A DNA stretch of 64,000 bases from Myxococcales bacterium (GCA_047601445.1 JASGJH010000001.1:5888001-5952000); one strand, 5' to 3'; positions 52,146 through 62,336 are shown, counted from the stretch's first letter. Notes: generated by a model not told the origin, from the sequence alone. Made by a program: numbers and translations.

Positions 52146-53174
52146 ATGCGTAAGTTCAGCGTTTTTCCAATCCTCGGCTTTGTGGCCTGCCTCGCGCTCG
52201 GCTCGGCCCACGCGCAGGCACCCAAGCCTGCTGAAGCGGCGCCCGCGCCCAGCGCGAGTCCCGGCGACGACGCCAAGAAAGAGGCCAGCGGCCACTTCCG
52301 GCGCGCCGTGGAGCTCTATCAAGAAGGCGCATTTCGAGCAGCCCTCGTGGAGTTTCAGCGCGCCTACGACATCGCGCCCGACTATCGCTTGCTCTACAAC
52401 ATCGGTCAGGCCCAGCTGCAGGTGCAGGACTACTTGGGCGCGACGCGCAGCTACGAGCGCTATCTCGCCGAGGGTGGCACCCAAGTCTCGCCCGAGCGTC
52501 GCACCGAAGTGGAGACGGCGCTGGGAGCCTTGAAGGAGCGCGTGGCGCGCCTGGCGATTCGAGTGAACCTCGACGACGCCGAGGTGTTCGTGGACGACCA
52601 GGCAGTGGGCAGGTCTCCGCTGGCCAACACGGTCGCGGTGAACGTGGGCCGGCACCGCGTCTTCGCGCGCACCGCGGACGGGGTCGAAGGCGAGCGGATC
52701 ATCGACGTGGCGGGCGGCGATCTGGCGGAGATCGCGGTGGAGCTGATTCCGAAGGTCACGCAGGCGCCGGTGGCCGTCGCGGCCGAGCCCGCGAAGACCG
52801 AGCGCGCTCCGCTCTCGCGCAAGAAGCGCGCGGCGCTGGCCACCTGGGGCGTGGCCGCGGCCACGGGCATCGGGGCCATCATCACGGGCGTGCTCGCCAC
52901 CAGCAAGACGAACGACCTCGACGACGCGCTCGACGTGAAGCCGCCCAAGGGCGAAGCCAATCAGGGCAAGGTGAGCGATCTGCGAGACTCCGCCAACGCG
53001 CTCGCCATCACCACCGACGTGCTGGCCGCCACCGCGCTGGCTTCGGGCGTCACTGGACTCGTGCTGTGGTTGGTCGACGGTAAGGCAGATCAGGCGGCCG
53101 AAGAGAAGCCCGCTGCGACGCAGGTTTCCTGGGGCGTGGGTCTCGGTACCCTCAGCGTAAAGGGTAAGTTCTGA
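52146..53174 (+). CDS. Exported TPR + PEGA-domain protein
   Basis: Signal ending AHA; HFRRAVELYQEG..AALVEFQRAY..LLYNIGQ; AEVFVDD..G..PL..VNVGRH; terminal KGKF. Confidence 0.85.
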   Translation: MRKFSVFPILGFVACLALGSAHAQAPKPAEAAPAPSASPGDDAKKEASGHFRRAVELYQEGAFRAALVEFQRAYDIAPDYRLLYNIGQAQLQVQDYLGATRSYERYLAEGGTQVSPERRTEVETALGALKERVARLAIRVNLDDAEVFVDDQAVGRSPLANTVAVNVGRHRVFARTADGVEGERIIDVAGGDLAEIAVELIPKVTQAPVAVAAEPAKTERAPLSRKKRAALATWGVAAATGIGAIITGVLATSKTNDLDDALDVKPPKGEANQGKVSDLRDSANALAITTDVLAATALASGVTGLVLWLVDGKADQAAEEKPAATQVSWGVGLGTLSVKGKF

Positions 53175-54241
53175 TGGGCTTCGGAGTGAATCACGTGCGT
53201 GGCACGCAAACCTGGTTGAACGCGCTGCTGCTCTCGTTCGCGCTCGGCGGATGCAGCGCCATCCTCGACACCAACAAGCAGCAGTGCAAGTCGGACACCG
53301 ACTGCGGCGAGCTCAACGGCCAGCCCCTCTACAGCTGTGTAAAGAACTTCTGTCAGGCGGTCACCTGCACCGCGGATGCGGAGTGCCAGTCTCGCGGCGG
53401 GGCCATCTGTGACGACGGCAGCTGCGCGCCGCCCCAGTGCACGACGAGCGAAGAGTGCAGCGATGGCATGGCGTGCAACCAGTCGCGCTGCGGCATGCCG
53501 GTGGACCCCGTCTTCGGCTGCTTCAACGAGAAGCCGCCGCAATCGAGCAGCGAGCCCGCGGTGCTCAAGATGCGGGTCTACCAGTTCTTCGGCAACGACG
53601 TGCCGGTGAAGAATCTGGTCCCCACCGTCTGCGATGCGCTCGACACGCAGTGCATGACTCCGATCCCCGTCACCTTCGATTACACGGGCATCAACCTGAC
53701 CATCAACGGCTTGAGCAACGCGCAGCGCTACGTGATCCGCCTCAACGGCCAGGACGACGACGGCAATCCGCTGCTCGAGACCGACTACATCATGCAGCGC
53801 CCGGTGGTGGGACTCACCGAGGAGGTCGACAGCGTGCAGCTGCTTCCCACCGCGATCCCCGAGCTGTTCGCGGGCGCGGCCTCGGTGACCTACGACCCCA
53901 AGAAGGCCTTCATGGTCACGCAGGTCTTCGGCTGCGACAACAAGCCTTTGGCGGGCGTGTCCGTGATCGACAGCCGCGCTGGCACCCTCTTCTACCTGAC
54001 GGGTGAAGGACCCGACCCGAACCTCACCGAGACGGATGAGACGGGCCAGGTGGGCTTCGTGAACATGGACGCGGCAGAGAACGGCCAGCCCTTCACGCAC
54101 AAACTCACGTTCAAGTACAAGGGCCAGACCCTGTTCTCGTTCGCCGTGCAGCCCCGTCCGGGGGTGCTCAATTTCTCCCTCGTCTATATGCCGGATTGGG
54201 AAACGACCACGGATCGCGCTACGGTGCCTCTCACGAGGTAG
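53174..54241 (+). CDS. Cys-rich lipoprotein
   Basis: Lipobox LGG-C; CxxDxDC repeats; TGATG coupling. Confidence 0.8.
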   Translation: MGFGVNHVRGTQTWLNALLLSFALGGCSAILDTNKQQCKSDTDCGELNGQPLYSCVKNFCQAVTCTADAECQSRGGAICDDGSCAPPQCTTSEECSDGMACNQSRCGMPVDPVFGCFNEKPPQSSSEPAVLKMRVYQFFGNDVPVKNLVPTVCDALDTQCMTPIPVTFDYTGINLTINGLSNAQRYVIRLNGQDDDGNPLLETDYIMQRPVVGLTEEVDSVQLLPTAIPELFAGAASVTYDPKKAFMVTQVFGCDNKPLAGVSVIDSRAGTLFYLTGEGPDPNLTETDETGQVGFVNMDAAENGQPFTHKLTFKYKGQTLFSFAVQPRPGVLNFSLVYMPDWETTTDRATVPLTR

Positions 54242-54243
54242 GA

Positions 54244-54810
54244 ATGCTTGAGTCTCCCGCGCCGACCACGCTCCAGGAGCTGGTCACCGCCTTCGAGAAG
54301 AGTGGCCGTACGGCGTTGGGCGAACTCAGCCAGCATCCTGCATTGATTCAGTGCGACGGGGCGGGCTCTCAGAAGGCCTGGGGATTCGACACGGTGGCCG
54401 TTTCTTCGCCGTGGGATCTCAAGGTGGCGCTGGGTCTCGCCCAGTCGGGGCTCAAGGCCGATCCGGAGATCTTGGTGAAGGCAGGGGCCGTCTATCCGGT
54501 GGCCAAGCGCCCAGGTGGACCCTTTCCAGATCGCATCGGCGTGGGACGCGCGCGCACGGCGGACATTTCGCTGCGGCTCTCGAGTGTGTCCAAATATCAC
54601 GCCTATTTCGCCATCGACGAGGCCAAGCGGGCCTGGAGTGTCTGGGACGCGCGCTCGCGCAACGGCACCACCGTGGGGCAGCGCAAGCTCGAGGCCGGAG
54701 AAGGTGCGGCGATCGAAAACGGCGCCAGCATCTTGTTCGGTGAGGGACTGTTCCTGTTCTTCACGCGCGACGGCTTCTTGAGCTTGGTAAAAGGTCTGGC
54801 GGCGAGCTAA
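54244..54810 (+). CDS. FHA-domain protein
   Basis: GVGR..ADI..SVSKYHA..DARSRNGT..FG. Confidence 0.88.
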   Translation: MLESPAPTTLQELVTAFEKSGRTALGELSQHPALIQCDGAGSQKAWGFDTVAVSSPWDLKVALGLAQSGLKADPEILVKAGAVYPVAKRPGGPFPDRIGVGRARTADISLRLSSVSKYHAYFAIDEAKRAWSVWDARSRNGTTVGQRKLEAGEGAAIENGASILFGEGLFLFFTRDGFLSLVKGLAAS

Positions 54811-54819
54811 GGGAGAGCC

Positions 54820-55617
54820 ATGCAGACCCGCCCGCTTCGACGTTTTGCTCGCGAGCGGACGCGCCTGCTTCGACGAAGCCTGCTTGGCGTGCTCGCGGTG
54901 GTCCTCGTTGGACTCTACCTGGGGCTGCCCAGTGTGCAGCCGGTGGCCGCCCGCTCGGGCTTGCAGTTCATCGAGCGCACCACGCGAGGCGCCGCGCAAA
55001 ACGCCAAGGACAGTGCGCTGCCCATGCTGGTGGTGCTGCACGGCTTGGGCGACTCACCCGAGAACTTCGTGGGTCTGTTCGAGGAGCTCGCGGTGCCTGC
55101 GCGGATCATCGCGGTGCGCGCGCCCGATCCCTGGGGCCAGGGCACCTCGTGGTACCCCATCGACGCGGATGCGCAGCGCAAGTCGCGCCAGATCCTCGCG
55201 CGCGCCGACGCCGTGGCCAGCTTGATCGCCGAGCTGCGCGCCGCGCGCCCTACGCGCGGGAAGCCGGTGGTGAGCGGGTTCTCGCAAGGGGGCGTGCTGA
55301 GCTTCGCAATGGCGTCCTATCATGCGGCGGAACTCCAGGCGGCAGTACCCATCGCGGGCTCACTGCCCGAGGGCCTGCCCGCGCCGAAGAAGCCGCCGCA
55401 GGGGTTCTCGGTGCTGGCCTTCCACGGCGAAAAGGACGCTCGCATCCCCGTTCGCGACGGTGAGCGCACCTTCGAACGCTTGAAGCAGGCCGGCTACAAG
55501 GGGAGCATCATCACGTTCCCGGGTTTGGGGCACGGTGTGAACGCGGCGATGCACGCGCATTTGACGGCGGCGCTGAACGAGCTGCTTGATCTGGCGAGCG
55601 CGAGCAAAAGCCCGTAG
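54820..55617 (+). CDS. Phospholipase/carboxylesterase (abhydrolase_2)
   Basis: LHGLGD, GFSQGG, FHGEKD, GLGH. Confidence 0.9.
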   Translation: MQTRPLRRFARERTRLLRRSLLGVLAVVLVGLYLGLPSVQPVAARSGLQFIERTTRGAAQNAKDSALPMLVVLHGLGDSPENFVGLFEELAVPARIIAVRAPDPWGQGTSWYPIDADAQRKSRQILARADAVASLIAELRAARPTRGKPVVSGFSQGGVLSFAMASYHAAELQAAVPIAGSLPEGLPAPKKPPQGFSVLAFHGEKDARIPVRDGERTFERLKQAGYKGSIITFPGLGHGVNAAMHAHLTAALNELLDLASASKSP

Positions 55618-55628
55618 CGTGAGGGCAC

Positions 55629-57338
55629 ATGCCCGAAAAGCAGCCCACTTTGCTCGGCTCCGCCAAGCGCGATCTCGGTCGCCTGCACAAGCTCGCGGCC
55701 ACCGTGGTGCGACACGGCTTCGGTGAGCTCCTGCTCAAGACGCCGATGGGGCGGCGCCTGCACGCGCGCGGCGAAGTCCCGGAGGGCGAGGCGGTGCAGG
55801 GCTCCGCAGCCATCCGCTTTACACGCATGCTGGGCTCGCTCGGCCCCACCTTCATCAAGCTCGGGCAGATCCTCTCCATGCGTCAGGATCTGTTTCCCCA
55901 GGAGTGGATCTCGGCGCTCGAGACGCTGCAGGACAAGGCGCCGGTGGTGCCCTTCGAGGAGGTCCGCGCCGCCGTGGAGGACGCGCTGGGCTTGCCGCTG
56001 GCGGAGGCCTTCAAGAGCTTCGACCACGAGCCGCTCGCCACCGCGTCCATCGGTCAGACGCATCTCGCGACCACCCACGAGGGGGACCGCGTGGTGGTGA
56101 AGGTGCAGCGCCCGGGCATCGAAAACGTGATGCGCGGAGACCTGAACTTGCTCTATCTGGGCGCGCAGATCCTGGAGGCCAGCATCGACGAGATGCGCCT
56201 GGTGGGCGTCACCGACATCGTGTCCGAGTTCGAGAAGGCGCTCTTGAGCGAGCTCGATTTCCGGGAAGAGCTCGGGAACCTGCTGCACATGCGCAGTCAG
56301 CTCGACCCCGAGCGCCGCGTCACCGTGCCCCAACCTTATCCCGACCTGAGCACCAAGACCGTGCTCACCATGCAGTTCTTCGAGGGCAAGCCGATGCGCA
56401 AGCTGGTGCCCCAGAGCGACCAGGCCAAGCACGCCGTGGAGGAGATCATCCACGTCACCTGCAAGCAAATCTTCGAAGACGGCTTCTTTCACGGCGATCC
56501 CCACGCGGGCAACATCCTGTGCGCGGACGACGGCCAGCTCTGCATGATCGACCTGGGTATGGTGGGAAGGCTCTCCGAGGCGCAGCGCGAGGACGTGGTC
56601 ACGTTGATGGTGGCAACCTTTGCCAACGACAGCGCCAGCATTGCGCGCATCCTGCTCAAGATGGGCACGCCCACCGTGCGCGTGAATCTCAACGAGCTCA
56701 AGAGCGAGATCGAGCGCATCCGCGGCAAGTACATCGAGAAGTCCAGCGTGGTCACCGACATCGACTCGTCGGGCTTCGTGCAGGAGTTCGCCGAGGCGGC
56801 CCAGCATTTTCGCATCAAGTTGGCGAGCGAGTACTCCATCTTGATCAAATCCGTGGCCACCCTGGAAGGCATCGTGCGCAGCCTACATCCAGACGCCAAC
56901 ATCGTGTCCATCGCGCGGCCTTACGTGCAGCGCACCCTGACGCAGCGCTTCTCGCCGACGACCTTGTTCCGCGACCTCGCGTCGGAGGCCAGCACGCTGG
57001 GGGCGCTGGCCGTGCGCTTCCCGGGCCAGGTGGATCAGCTCATGCACGATCTCGAGACGGGGAACCTGCAGATCCGCGCCATGACACCCGAGCTCGACAC
57101 GCTGCCGTGGGCCCTGCACTACGCCTCGAGTCGGCTCTCGCTCGCGCTGTTCGCCTCCGTGATGGCGATCTGCGCGGCCGTCGTGTTTCCCGGCAACCTC
57201 GACGATCTCTTGCCGCTGGCGATCAGCGTGGTGCTCACGGTCACGGCCAGCGTCGCTTGGCTGATCGTGTTGGGTTGGCACTTCGTGCGCGGCAAGCCAC
57301 TCAAGCTCACGCCGTTGATCCGCTTTTTCAAGCGCTGA
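55629..57338 (+). CDS. ABC1/AarF/UbiB-family atypical kinase
   Basis: LGPTFIKLGQILS, PLATASIGQ, VKVQRP, ELDF, FFHGDPHAGN, DLGMVG; C-terminal TMs. Confidence 0.92.
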   Translation: MPEKQPTLLGSAKRDLGRLHKLAATVVRHGFGELLLKTPMGRRLHARGEVPEGEAVQGSAAIRFTRMLGSLGPTFIKLGQILSMRQDLFPQEWISALETLQDKAPVVPFEEVRAAVEDALGLPLAEAFKSFDHEPLATASIGQTHLATTHEGDRVVVKVQRPGIENVMRGDLNLLYLGAQILEASIDEMRLVGVTDIVSEFEKALLSELDFREELGNLLHMRSQLDPERRVTVPQPYPDLSTKTVLTMQFFEGKPMRKLVPQSDQAKHAVEEIIHVTCKQIFEDGFFHGDPHAGNILCADDGQLCMIDLGMVGRLSEAQREDVVTLMVATFANDSASIARILLKMGTPTVRVNLNELKSEIERIRGKYIEKSSVVTDIDSSGFVQEFAEAAQHFRIKLASEYSILIKSVATLEGIVRSLHPDANIVSIARPYVQRTLTQRFSPTTLFRDLASEASTLGALAVRFPGQVDQLMHDLETGNLQIRAMTPELDTLPWALHYASSRLSLALFASVMAICAAVVFPGNLDDLLPLAISVVLTVTASVAWLIVLGWHFVRGKPLKLTPLIRFFKR

Positions 57339-57474
57339 GCCCGTGGTTCGAAGGTGTGCAGCGCGCGCCGCGGGCTGCGAAACTGTGCGCCCTTCGATCG
57401 GGAGCGCGGTGCGCGGAATCATCGTCGCGCGCGTTGCTGCGGCTCGCATGCGAGGAAAAATCGGCCCATCGTGA

Positions 57475-58476
57475 ATGATGCTCGCGACGACCCCGAACGC
57501 GGCGAAGGACCGCGGAATCTGTGGACTGTGCGAGGCTCGGCTGCCCGTCTGGCAACACGTGCCTGTCGACCACTGGAAGTTGCGAGAGAACTTCCACTCC
57601 GACGCGTACTGGTGTGTGCGCTGTGGCTACGGATCCGTGCAGCCCATGCCGAGCCGCAACGACGTGAGCGAGTTCTATCGCTTCGAGCAGTACTACACGC
57701 ACCGAGAGCCCGTTCAGGTTCGTGCGGACGAGGAGCAGTTTTTGGATCGCCTGCGCGTGCACCTGGCCTGGCGGCTCGATCACGGCGACCCGCTCACGGA
57801 GTCGCACGTCCATCGTGCGCTCAAGGGGAGCTTGAGCCGCATCTGCGATCTCGGTTGTGGCGGAGGCGACCTCTCGAGCGAGTTGCGCGAACTCGGGCAT
57901 ACCGTGGTGGGGGTGGAAGTGGACGCGGCAGCGGCGTCGCGCCGCTGTGCGGGGGAAGTCGAGATCCTCGAGGGGACGGCCGAGGAATTGCCGGCAGCGC
58001 TACGTGGGCGGCGCTTCGACTGCGTGATCTTGCGGCATGTGCTCGAGCACTGCCGCGAGCCCGCGCGGGCGCTCGCGAACGCCTTCGCACTGCTCGAACC
58101 CAGGGGCATCATGCTCTGCGAAGTCCCGAACAACGCGGCTCTCGGATTGCGTAACGTCGGCTGCGCTTGGGCGATGTTCGACATGCCGCGCCATTTGCAC
58201 TTTTTCACGCGTCAGAGCCTGATGCGGGTCTCCGAGCAGGCGGGCTTCCGCGTCCACGAGGCCTACTTCGCCAACTACCATCGTCAGTTCGAGAACGACT
58301 GGATCGAGTCGGAGCAGCGCATCTGGAGCAAGTTGATGGGATTGTCGCGCAAGCCGCATCCCGCGCCGCTGCGCAACTCTCGCCTGCGCGCTTGGCGTCA
58401 GCTGATCACGAGTGCTTTCATGCCCGCCGCACTCAAGTACGACAGCGTCGGGGTGGTCGCAGTGCGTCCTGCATGA
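57475..58476 (+). CDS. Class I SAM-dependent methyltransferase with N-terminal Zn-ribbon
   Basis: CGLC..CVRC, DLGCGGG, FD.V...HVLEH, EVPN, PRHLHFF. Confidence 0.88.
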   Translation: MMLATTPNAAKDRGICGLCEARLPVWQHVPVDHWKLRENFHSDAYWCVRCGYGSVQPMPSRNDVSEFYRFEQYYTHREPVQVRADEEQFLDRLRVHLAWRLDHGDPLTESHVHRALKGSLSRICDLGCGGGDLSSELRELGHTVVGVEVDAAAASRRCAGEVEILEGTAEELPAALRGRRFDCVILRHVLEHCREPARALANAFALLEPRGIMLCEVPNNAALGLRNVGCAWAMFDMPRHLHFFTRQSLMRVSEQAGFRVHEAYFANYHRQFENDWIESEQRIWSKLMGLSRKPHPAPLRNSRLRAWRQLITSAFMPAALKYDSVGVVAVRPA

Positions 58477-58599
58477 GGCAGTTTGGCGCGTGAGCGACGC
58501 ACAATAGCGAACCGAAGCTGCTGTCGAAGCACGCGCGCGATCCCTGGACGGGAAGCGTATCTATTTGATCCGTCACGCTTAAGCACGGGAAGCTAGGCT

Positions 58600-58615
58600 T
58601 GGAACGCAGGTTGCA
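58600..58615 (+). promoter_or_regulatory. Candidate sigma54 -24/-12 promoter
   Basis: TGGAACG-CAGG-TTGCA with exact spacing, 12 bp before ATG 58628. Confidence 0.55.
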
Positions 58616-58627
58616 GAAGTCCCACGT

Positions 58628-59512
58628 ATGGACAACGCAATCGAAGATCTTGAGTTTCGCTTCGAGTTCTTGCGCGTCGGCCACAGAGCAACCCGGTTCT
58701 CCACGCGGCGCGCTGAGCCCATTGTTTTGCTCCATCCGTTTTCACTCTGTCCCGAAGTATGGAAGCCCATCCTGCCGGAGCTCGAGAAGCATCACCCGGT
58801 GTACTCGCTCGGCTTGCCTGGCCACCACGGGACGGATCCGCTGCCGCACGACTTCGACCACTCCATCGAGTCCGCCGTGGATCTCATGGAGCAGAAGCTC
58901 GACGAGGTCGGCATCGAACGCGCGCACCTGGTGGGCAACTCACTCGGCGGTTGGATCGCCATCGAACTGGCGCGGCGTGGACGCGCCCTGTCCGTGGTGG
59001 CCATCGCGCCCGGTGGTGGCTGGGAAGCCGGCAGCCCGGAAGAAGAGCGCCTGGTGCGCAAGTTCAAGCTCACCAACTTGCTCCTGCGTCTCGGTGGACC
59101 GCTCTCGCTGATGATGGCGAACTATGCCCTCACGCGGCGCGTCTTCCTGGGCGACGCCGTGGCGCGACCGGAGCGGCTCGAACCAGAGGACGCCGCATTG
59201 TTCATCGACGCCGCGCGCCGCTGCACCTGTTACATGGGCATCGTGGAAGCGCTGCCCAGGCAGCCGGCGCCTTCCGCCTTCGAAGCGTTGCCGTGTCCAA
59301 TCCGCGTGATCTGGGGAACTCACGATCGCGTGCTGCCGCTCGAGGGCTATTCGGGGCGTTGGCAGCGTCTGTTGACGGGTGCCGACTGGGTCACCATCGA
59401 GAACGTCGGACACGTGCCGATGTACGATGATCCCAAGCGCGTCGCGGAGGCCATCCTCGAGTGGACGCGCAGCGCGCTTGGTTACGACGAGCCGCCCCGC
59501 CTGGCGAGCTGA
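58628..59512 (+). CDS. Alpha/beta-fold hydrolase
   Basis: LPGH, GNSLGG, WGTHDRVL, GHVPM. Confidence 0.9.
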   Translation: MDNAIEDLEFRFEFLRVGHRATRFSTRRAEPIVLLHPFSLCPEVWKPILPELEKHHPVYSLGLPGHHGTDPLPHDFDHSIESAVDLMEQKLDEVGIERAHLVGNSLGGWIAIELARRGRALSVVAIAPGGGWEAGSPEEERLVRKFKLTNLLLRLGGPLSLMMANYALTRRVFLGDAVARPERLEPEDAALFIDAARRCTCYMGIVEALPRQPAPSAFEALPCPIRVIWGTHDRVLPLEGYSGRWQRLLTGADWVTIENVGHVPMYDDPKRVAEAILEWTRSALGYDEPPRLAS

Positions 59513-59588
59513 GTCGAGTGGACCTGGGTGCGTTGGCGGGTCGGTCGGCAGGGACTGTATTCGCCGGTGCCCGCGCCGTGTCTCGTGT

Positions 59589-60323
59589 TCAGCGCGCGAG
59601 CGCGTTCGAGACTTGGGCGCGATAGCGGCCGCGTGGATAGCGCGCCAGGTACTGCTTGGCATAGAGCTTCGCCCGTGTGTCGCCGCGGGCCACGGCGGCC
59701 TCCACACGCAACGACATGACTTCTTCGGCCAGCACGCCCGCTGGGTCGCGCGTGTAGACACTCTCCAGGAGTTGCGCCGCGCGGGTTGGGTCGTGATCCC
59801 GGCGCAGCGCTTTGACGGCCTGGTGGACGAGCTCGGTGTCGGGGCTGCGCGGCGCTGGAGCGTGGCGGGTCGTGCGCTTGCCGGAGTGCGCCGGGGTGGA
59901 CGCAGCGGCGCTGGGGTCCTCGACGGGCTCCGAGACCGCACCTCGTGGGGGCTCGGCGAGCGTGGACACGGCTTGCTTTTCGTGGGCGTGGCGGGCGTCG
60001 TGTGTCTGCGTGGGGGCGTGGACCTGGTTCGTTGCGCTGAGCAGCTCGCGCAGCGCTTCGAGGTTTTGCGCGGCAGCAAGAGCCGAGAGCGCGAGCACCA
60101 TGACCAGCGCCAGACTCAGGCTCGTCTTGCGGCGTGAGGCGGCGCGCTCGCAGCCACGCGCCGCGAGCGCCGCGCGCACGCGGTGCTTGCGGCTCGGTGA
60201 ATCCGCGAGCGGCTCGAGCACGCCGAGCAGCTTGCGAGCGCGCAACAGCGTCGCGGCGTCGAGCTCCTCGCCAGCTTGCGCTCGCCCGAGCTCCGCCGGA
60301 TCGATGTTCCGCAAGGGCCTCAT
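59589..60323 (-). CDS. Putative anti-sigma factor (single TM, C-terminal TPR-like helices)
   Basis: ATGA overlap with the ECF sigma; TM LSLALVMVLALSALAAA; ALRR..D..RA..L...YLARYPRG. Confidence 0.65.
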   Translation of the reverse strand: MRPLRNIDPAELGRAQAGEELDAATLLRARKLLGVLEPLADSPSRKHRVRAALAARGCERAASRRKTSLSLALVMVLALSALAAAQNLEALRELLSATNQVHAPTQTHDARHAHEKQAVSTLAEPPRGAVSEPVEDPSAAASTPAHSGKRTTRHAPAPRSPDTELVHQAVKALRRDHDPTRAAQLLESVYTRDPAGVLAEEVMSLRVEAAVARGDTRAKLYAKQYLARYPRGRYRAQVSNALAR

Positions 60324-61042
60324 GGTGCACCTCTGGTCTCGGTGCGCGCGGTCATCAGGCGAAAGAAGTCTTTTCGCGCGTGGTGCAGGCGCGTGTACAC
60401 GGTATTCACGGGCACGCCTTCGAGTTCGGCGATCTCTTCTCCGCTGAAGCCCTCGATCTCGAACAGGATGAAGGTGCTGCGTCGCAGTTCGGACATCTCG
60501 TCGAGGATGGCGGCCACCAGGCGCTGCGCCTCCTTGCGCTCCAGGGTGTCGCCGGGGTTCGCGGATCGGGGAGCCTCGCTGTCGGCGGGGTCCGCGCCCC
60601 GAAACCAACGTCTGAACCAGGCTCGTCGGCGATGGTCGCTCACGGTCTTGCGGGCGATGCCGTAGAGCCAGGCCTGCAGGTTGAGTCCGTCGAAGCTCGC
60701 GAGCTTGCGCTGCACCACCAGGAAAACCTCCTGGGTGAGATCGTCGATGTCGGCATCGAGCCCGCCGAACGCCCTGACCCAGCGTGCGACCTGGTGAAAG
60801 TGTGCGGCGTATACGGTCTCGAAATCCAAGCGCTCGTCCGGGCGCGCATGGACTTGGCTCTCCCGAGGGGCGTTCACCTCGGCGGGGTCCCTGGTCGAGA
60901 CCTGGCCCGCGTGGGCAACCGAGAGCGTAGAGTTCGAGCGCACTCCTTCCCATGGGCGCAGCAGGCGAAATCCTTCTACCGCTTCCGCGATTTTGCTGCG
61001 CGCTATCGGCGCTCGGGGGGGACGCCACATGCCTAGAGGCAT
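60320..61042 (-). CDS. ECF RNA polymerase sigma factor
   Basis: FETVYAAHF, DDLTQEVFL, AWLYGIAR, FILFEIEGFS.EEIA...VNTVYTRLHHAR. The true start is probably downstream of 61042. Confidence 0.92.
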   Translation of the reverse strand: MPLGMWRPPRAPIARSKIAEAVEGFRLLRPWEGVRSNSTLSVAHAGQVSTRDPAEVNAPRESQVHARPDERLDFETVYAAHFHQVARWVRAFGGLDADIDDLTQEVFLVVQRKLASFDGLNLQAWLYGIARKTVSDHRRRAWFRRWFRGADPADSEAPRSANPGDTLERKEAQRLVAAILDEMSELRRSTFILFEIEGFSGEEIAELEGVPVNTVYTRLHHARKDFFRLMTARTETRGAP

Positions 61043-62199
61043 CTAAACTCGAGACCGACCAGTCCGGAAAGCCAAACCTTGGGGGTGTCGGCCGTGCGCC
61101 CGGCCGGTTCCACCACCAGCGCGTACGCGCGGGGAAAAAGCGAAGCAGCCAGAGCACCTACGAGCTTTAGTCGCGGCGACAGGCGGAGTCCCAGGCGCAG
61201 GCCTAGACGCAGACCGAGGTTGCTTCGTAAGGCGCGCACCGTGCGCGCCAGGTTCTCGCCCTCGGCGCGCAATAGATCGAGGGCTAGACCAAGGCTCGGC
61301 CCCCCCTCGAAGCGTGAGCGCGCCCACAGCACGGAGCCACTGAACCCGAGTGGAATGCGCGCGAGCGCTACCTTGCCTCCGGGTTCGGCCGGTTCGAGCG
61401 TCAAGCTGGCGCGCGCTTGGCCGCCGACGTTCATGTCCACCAGCAAGGACGGGCCACCTGCGCTCCAGACGCGCTGCAGCCACAGGCTCCCCGCGCCGCC
61501 GGGCTGCACGCCGCTGGTACCGGGGGCGCCTGCCAGGAGGGCGTAGGCGCCGACGCCGAAGCTCGACCCTGGTTCGGCCCGCGTCCAACCAGCCACTTCG
61601 CGCGGCGCTCGGGGAGAGGGGTCGGTCTGGGTGTTCGGGCTCTCCGCGTCGGGCGCGGCGCTGTCCGACGAGTCTGGGTCGCCCTGGGCATCCTGCGGCG
61701 CGCTGTCGAGCATGTTCGCCTCGACCGCGGGCGTGCCCTGTGGACTGACGATCGGCGCGTCGGAGGCGTTCAGGTTCAGCGCGATGAATACGGCGGCGAC
61801 GCGCGCGCGCTCCCTGCAATCGCGGGCGGGGTCACGCTGGATGCGTTGCGTGCCAGCGAGTGCAACCTCGTAGCGATCGCCCAGATCACGCAGTTGCACG
61901 AGCGAACGCTCCGAGGGTGAAGTCCCATCCACCAGGTCCACTTGCGAGCCCGCGCCCAGCAGAGGCAAGAGCAACGCTCGCACGCTGCTCGGGTCGGGGC
62001 ACTCGTCACCGACGATGGTCAGCTGCGCTGCCTGGGCTCGCGCGACGTTCACGCTTGGAGCACGCCCGAGCAGAAGGGGTGAACCGAGCCAGCCCAAGAG
62101 CGCGCCGAACCCTGCGAGCAAGGCCGTGAGCCAGACGTTGCGCCGGCGATCCTCAAGCCTTGAGCAGACTCGGTCGAACACGAGCATGCAGGCTGGCAA
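61033..62199 (-). CDS. Hypothetical exported protein with beta-barrel-like C-terminus
   Basis: Hydrophobic N-terminus; CPD..C.ERAR.AA domain; Gly-rich amphipathic strands. Upstream of the ECF sigma. Confidence 0.65.
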   Translation of the reverse strand: MPACMLVFDRVCSRLEDRRRNVWLTALLAGFGALLGWLGSPLLLGRAPSVNVARAQAAQLTIVGDECPDPSSVRALLLPLLGAGSQVDLVDGTSPSERSLVQLRDLGDRYEVALAGTQRIQRDPARDCRERARVAAVFIALNLNASDAPIVSPQGTPAVEANMLDSAPQDAQGDPDSSDSAAPDAESPNTQTDPSPRAPREVAGWTRAEPGSSFGVGAYALLAGAPGTSGVQPGGAGSLWLQRVWSAGGPSLLVDMNVGGQARASLTLEPAEPGGKVALARIPLGFSGSVLWARSRFEGGPSLGLALDLLRAEGENLARTVRALRSNLGLRLGLRLGLRLSPRLKLVGALAASLFPRAYALVVEPAGRTADTPKVWLSGLVGLEFRCL

Positions 62200-62246
62200 C
62201 GTGCGTGCGGCGAGTCAAAGTTTTTTCGACGTCGATAGAAGGATTT

Positions 62247-62273
62247 GAACTTCACCCACCATTTGTCCTCCGA
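62247..62273 (+). promoter_or_regulatory. Candidate ECF-sigma promoter
   Basis: GAACTT-N16-TCCGA, resembling the RpoE/AlgU-type consensus. Confidence 0.45.
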
Positions 62274-62336
62274 AGTCCGGCTGCTCCTCCGCCGTCGCGC
62301 GTGCGGTGCGGTGCGGCGCGAGGAGGAGGCGTGCTC

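Noticed and set aside
62194..62208. TGGCAAC-GTGC-GTGC as a sigma54 promoter for the DUF1592 gene
   Set aside because: Two departures from consensus, and it overlaps the start region of the opposite gene; too weak to call.
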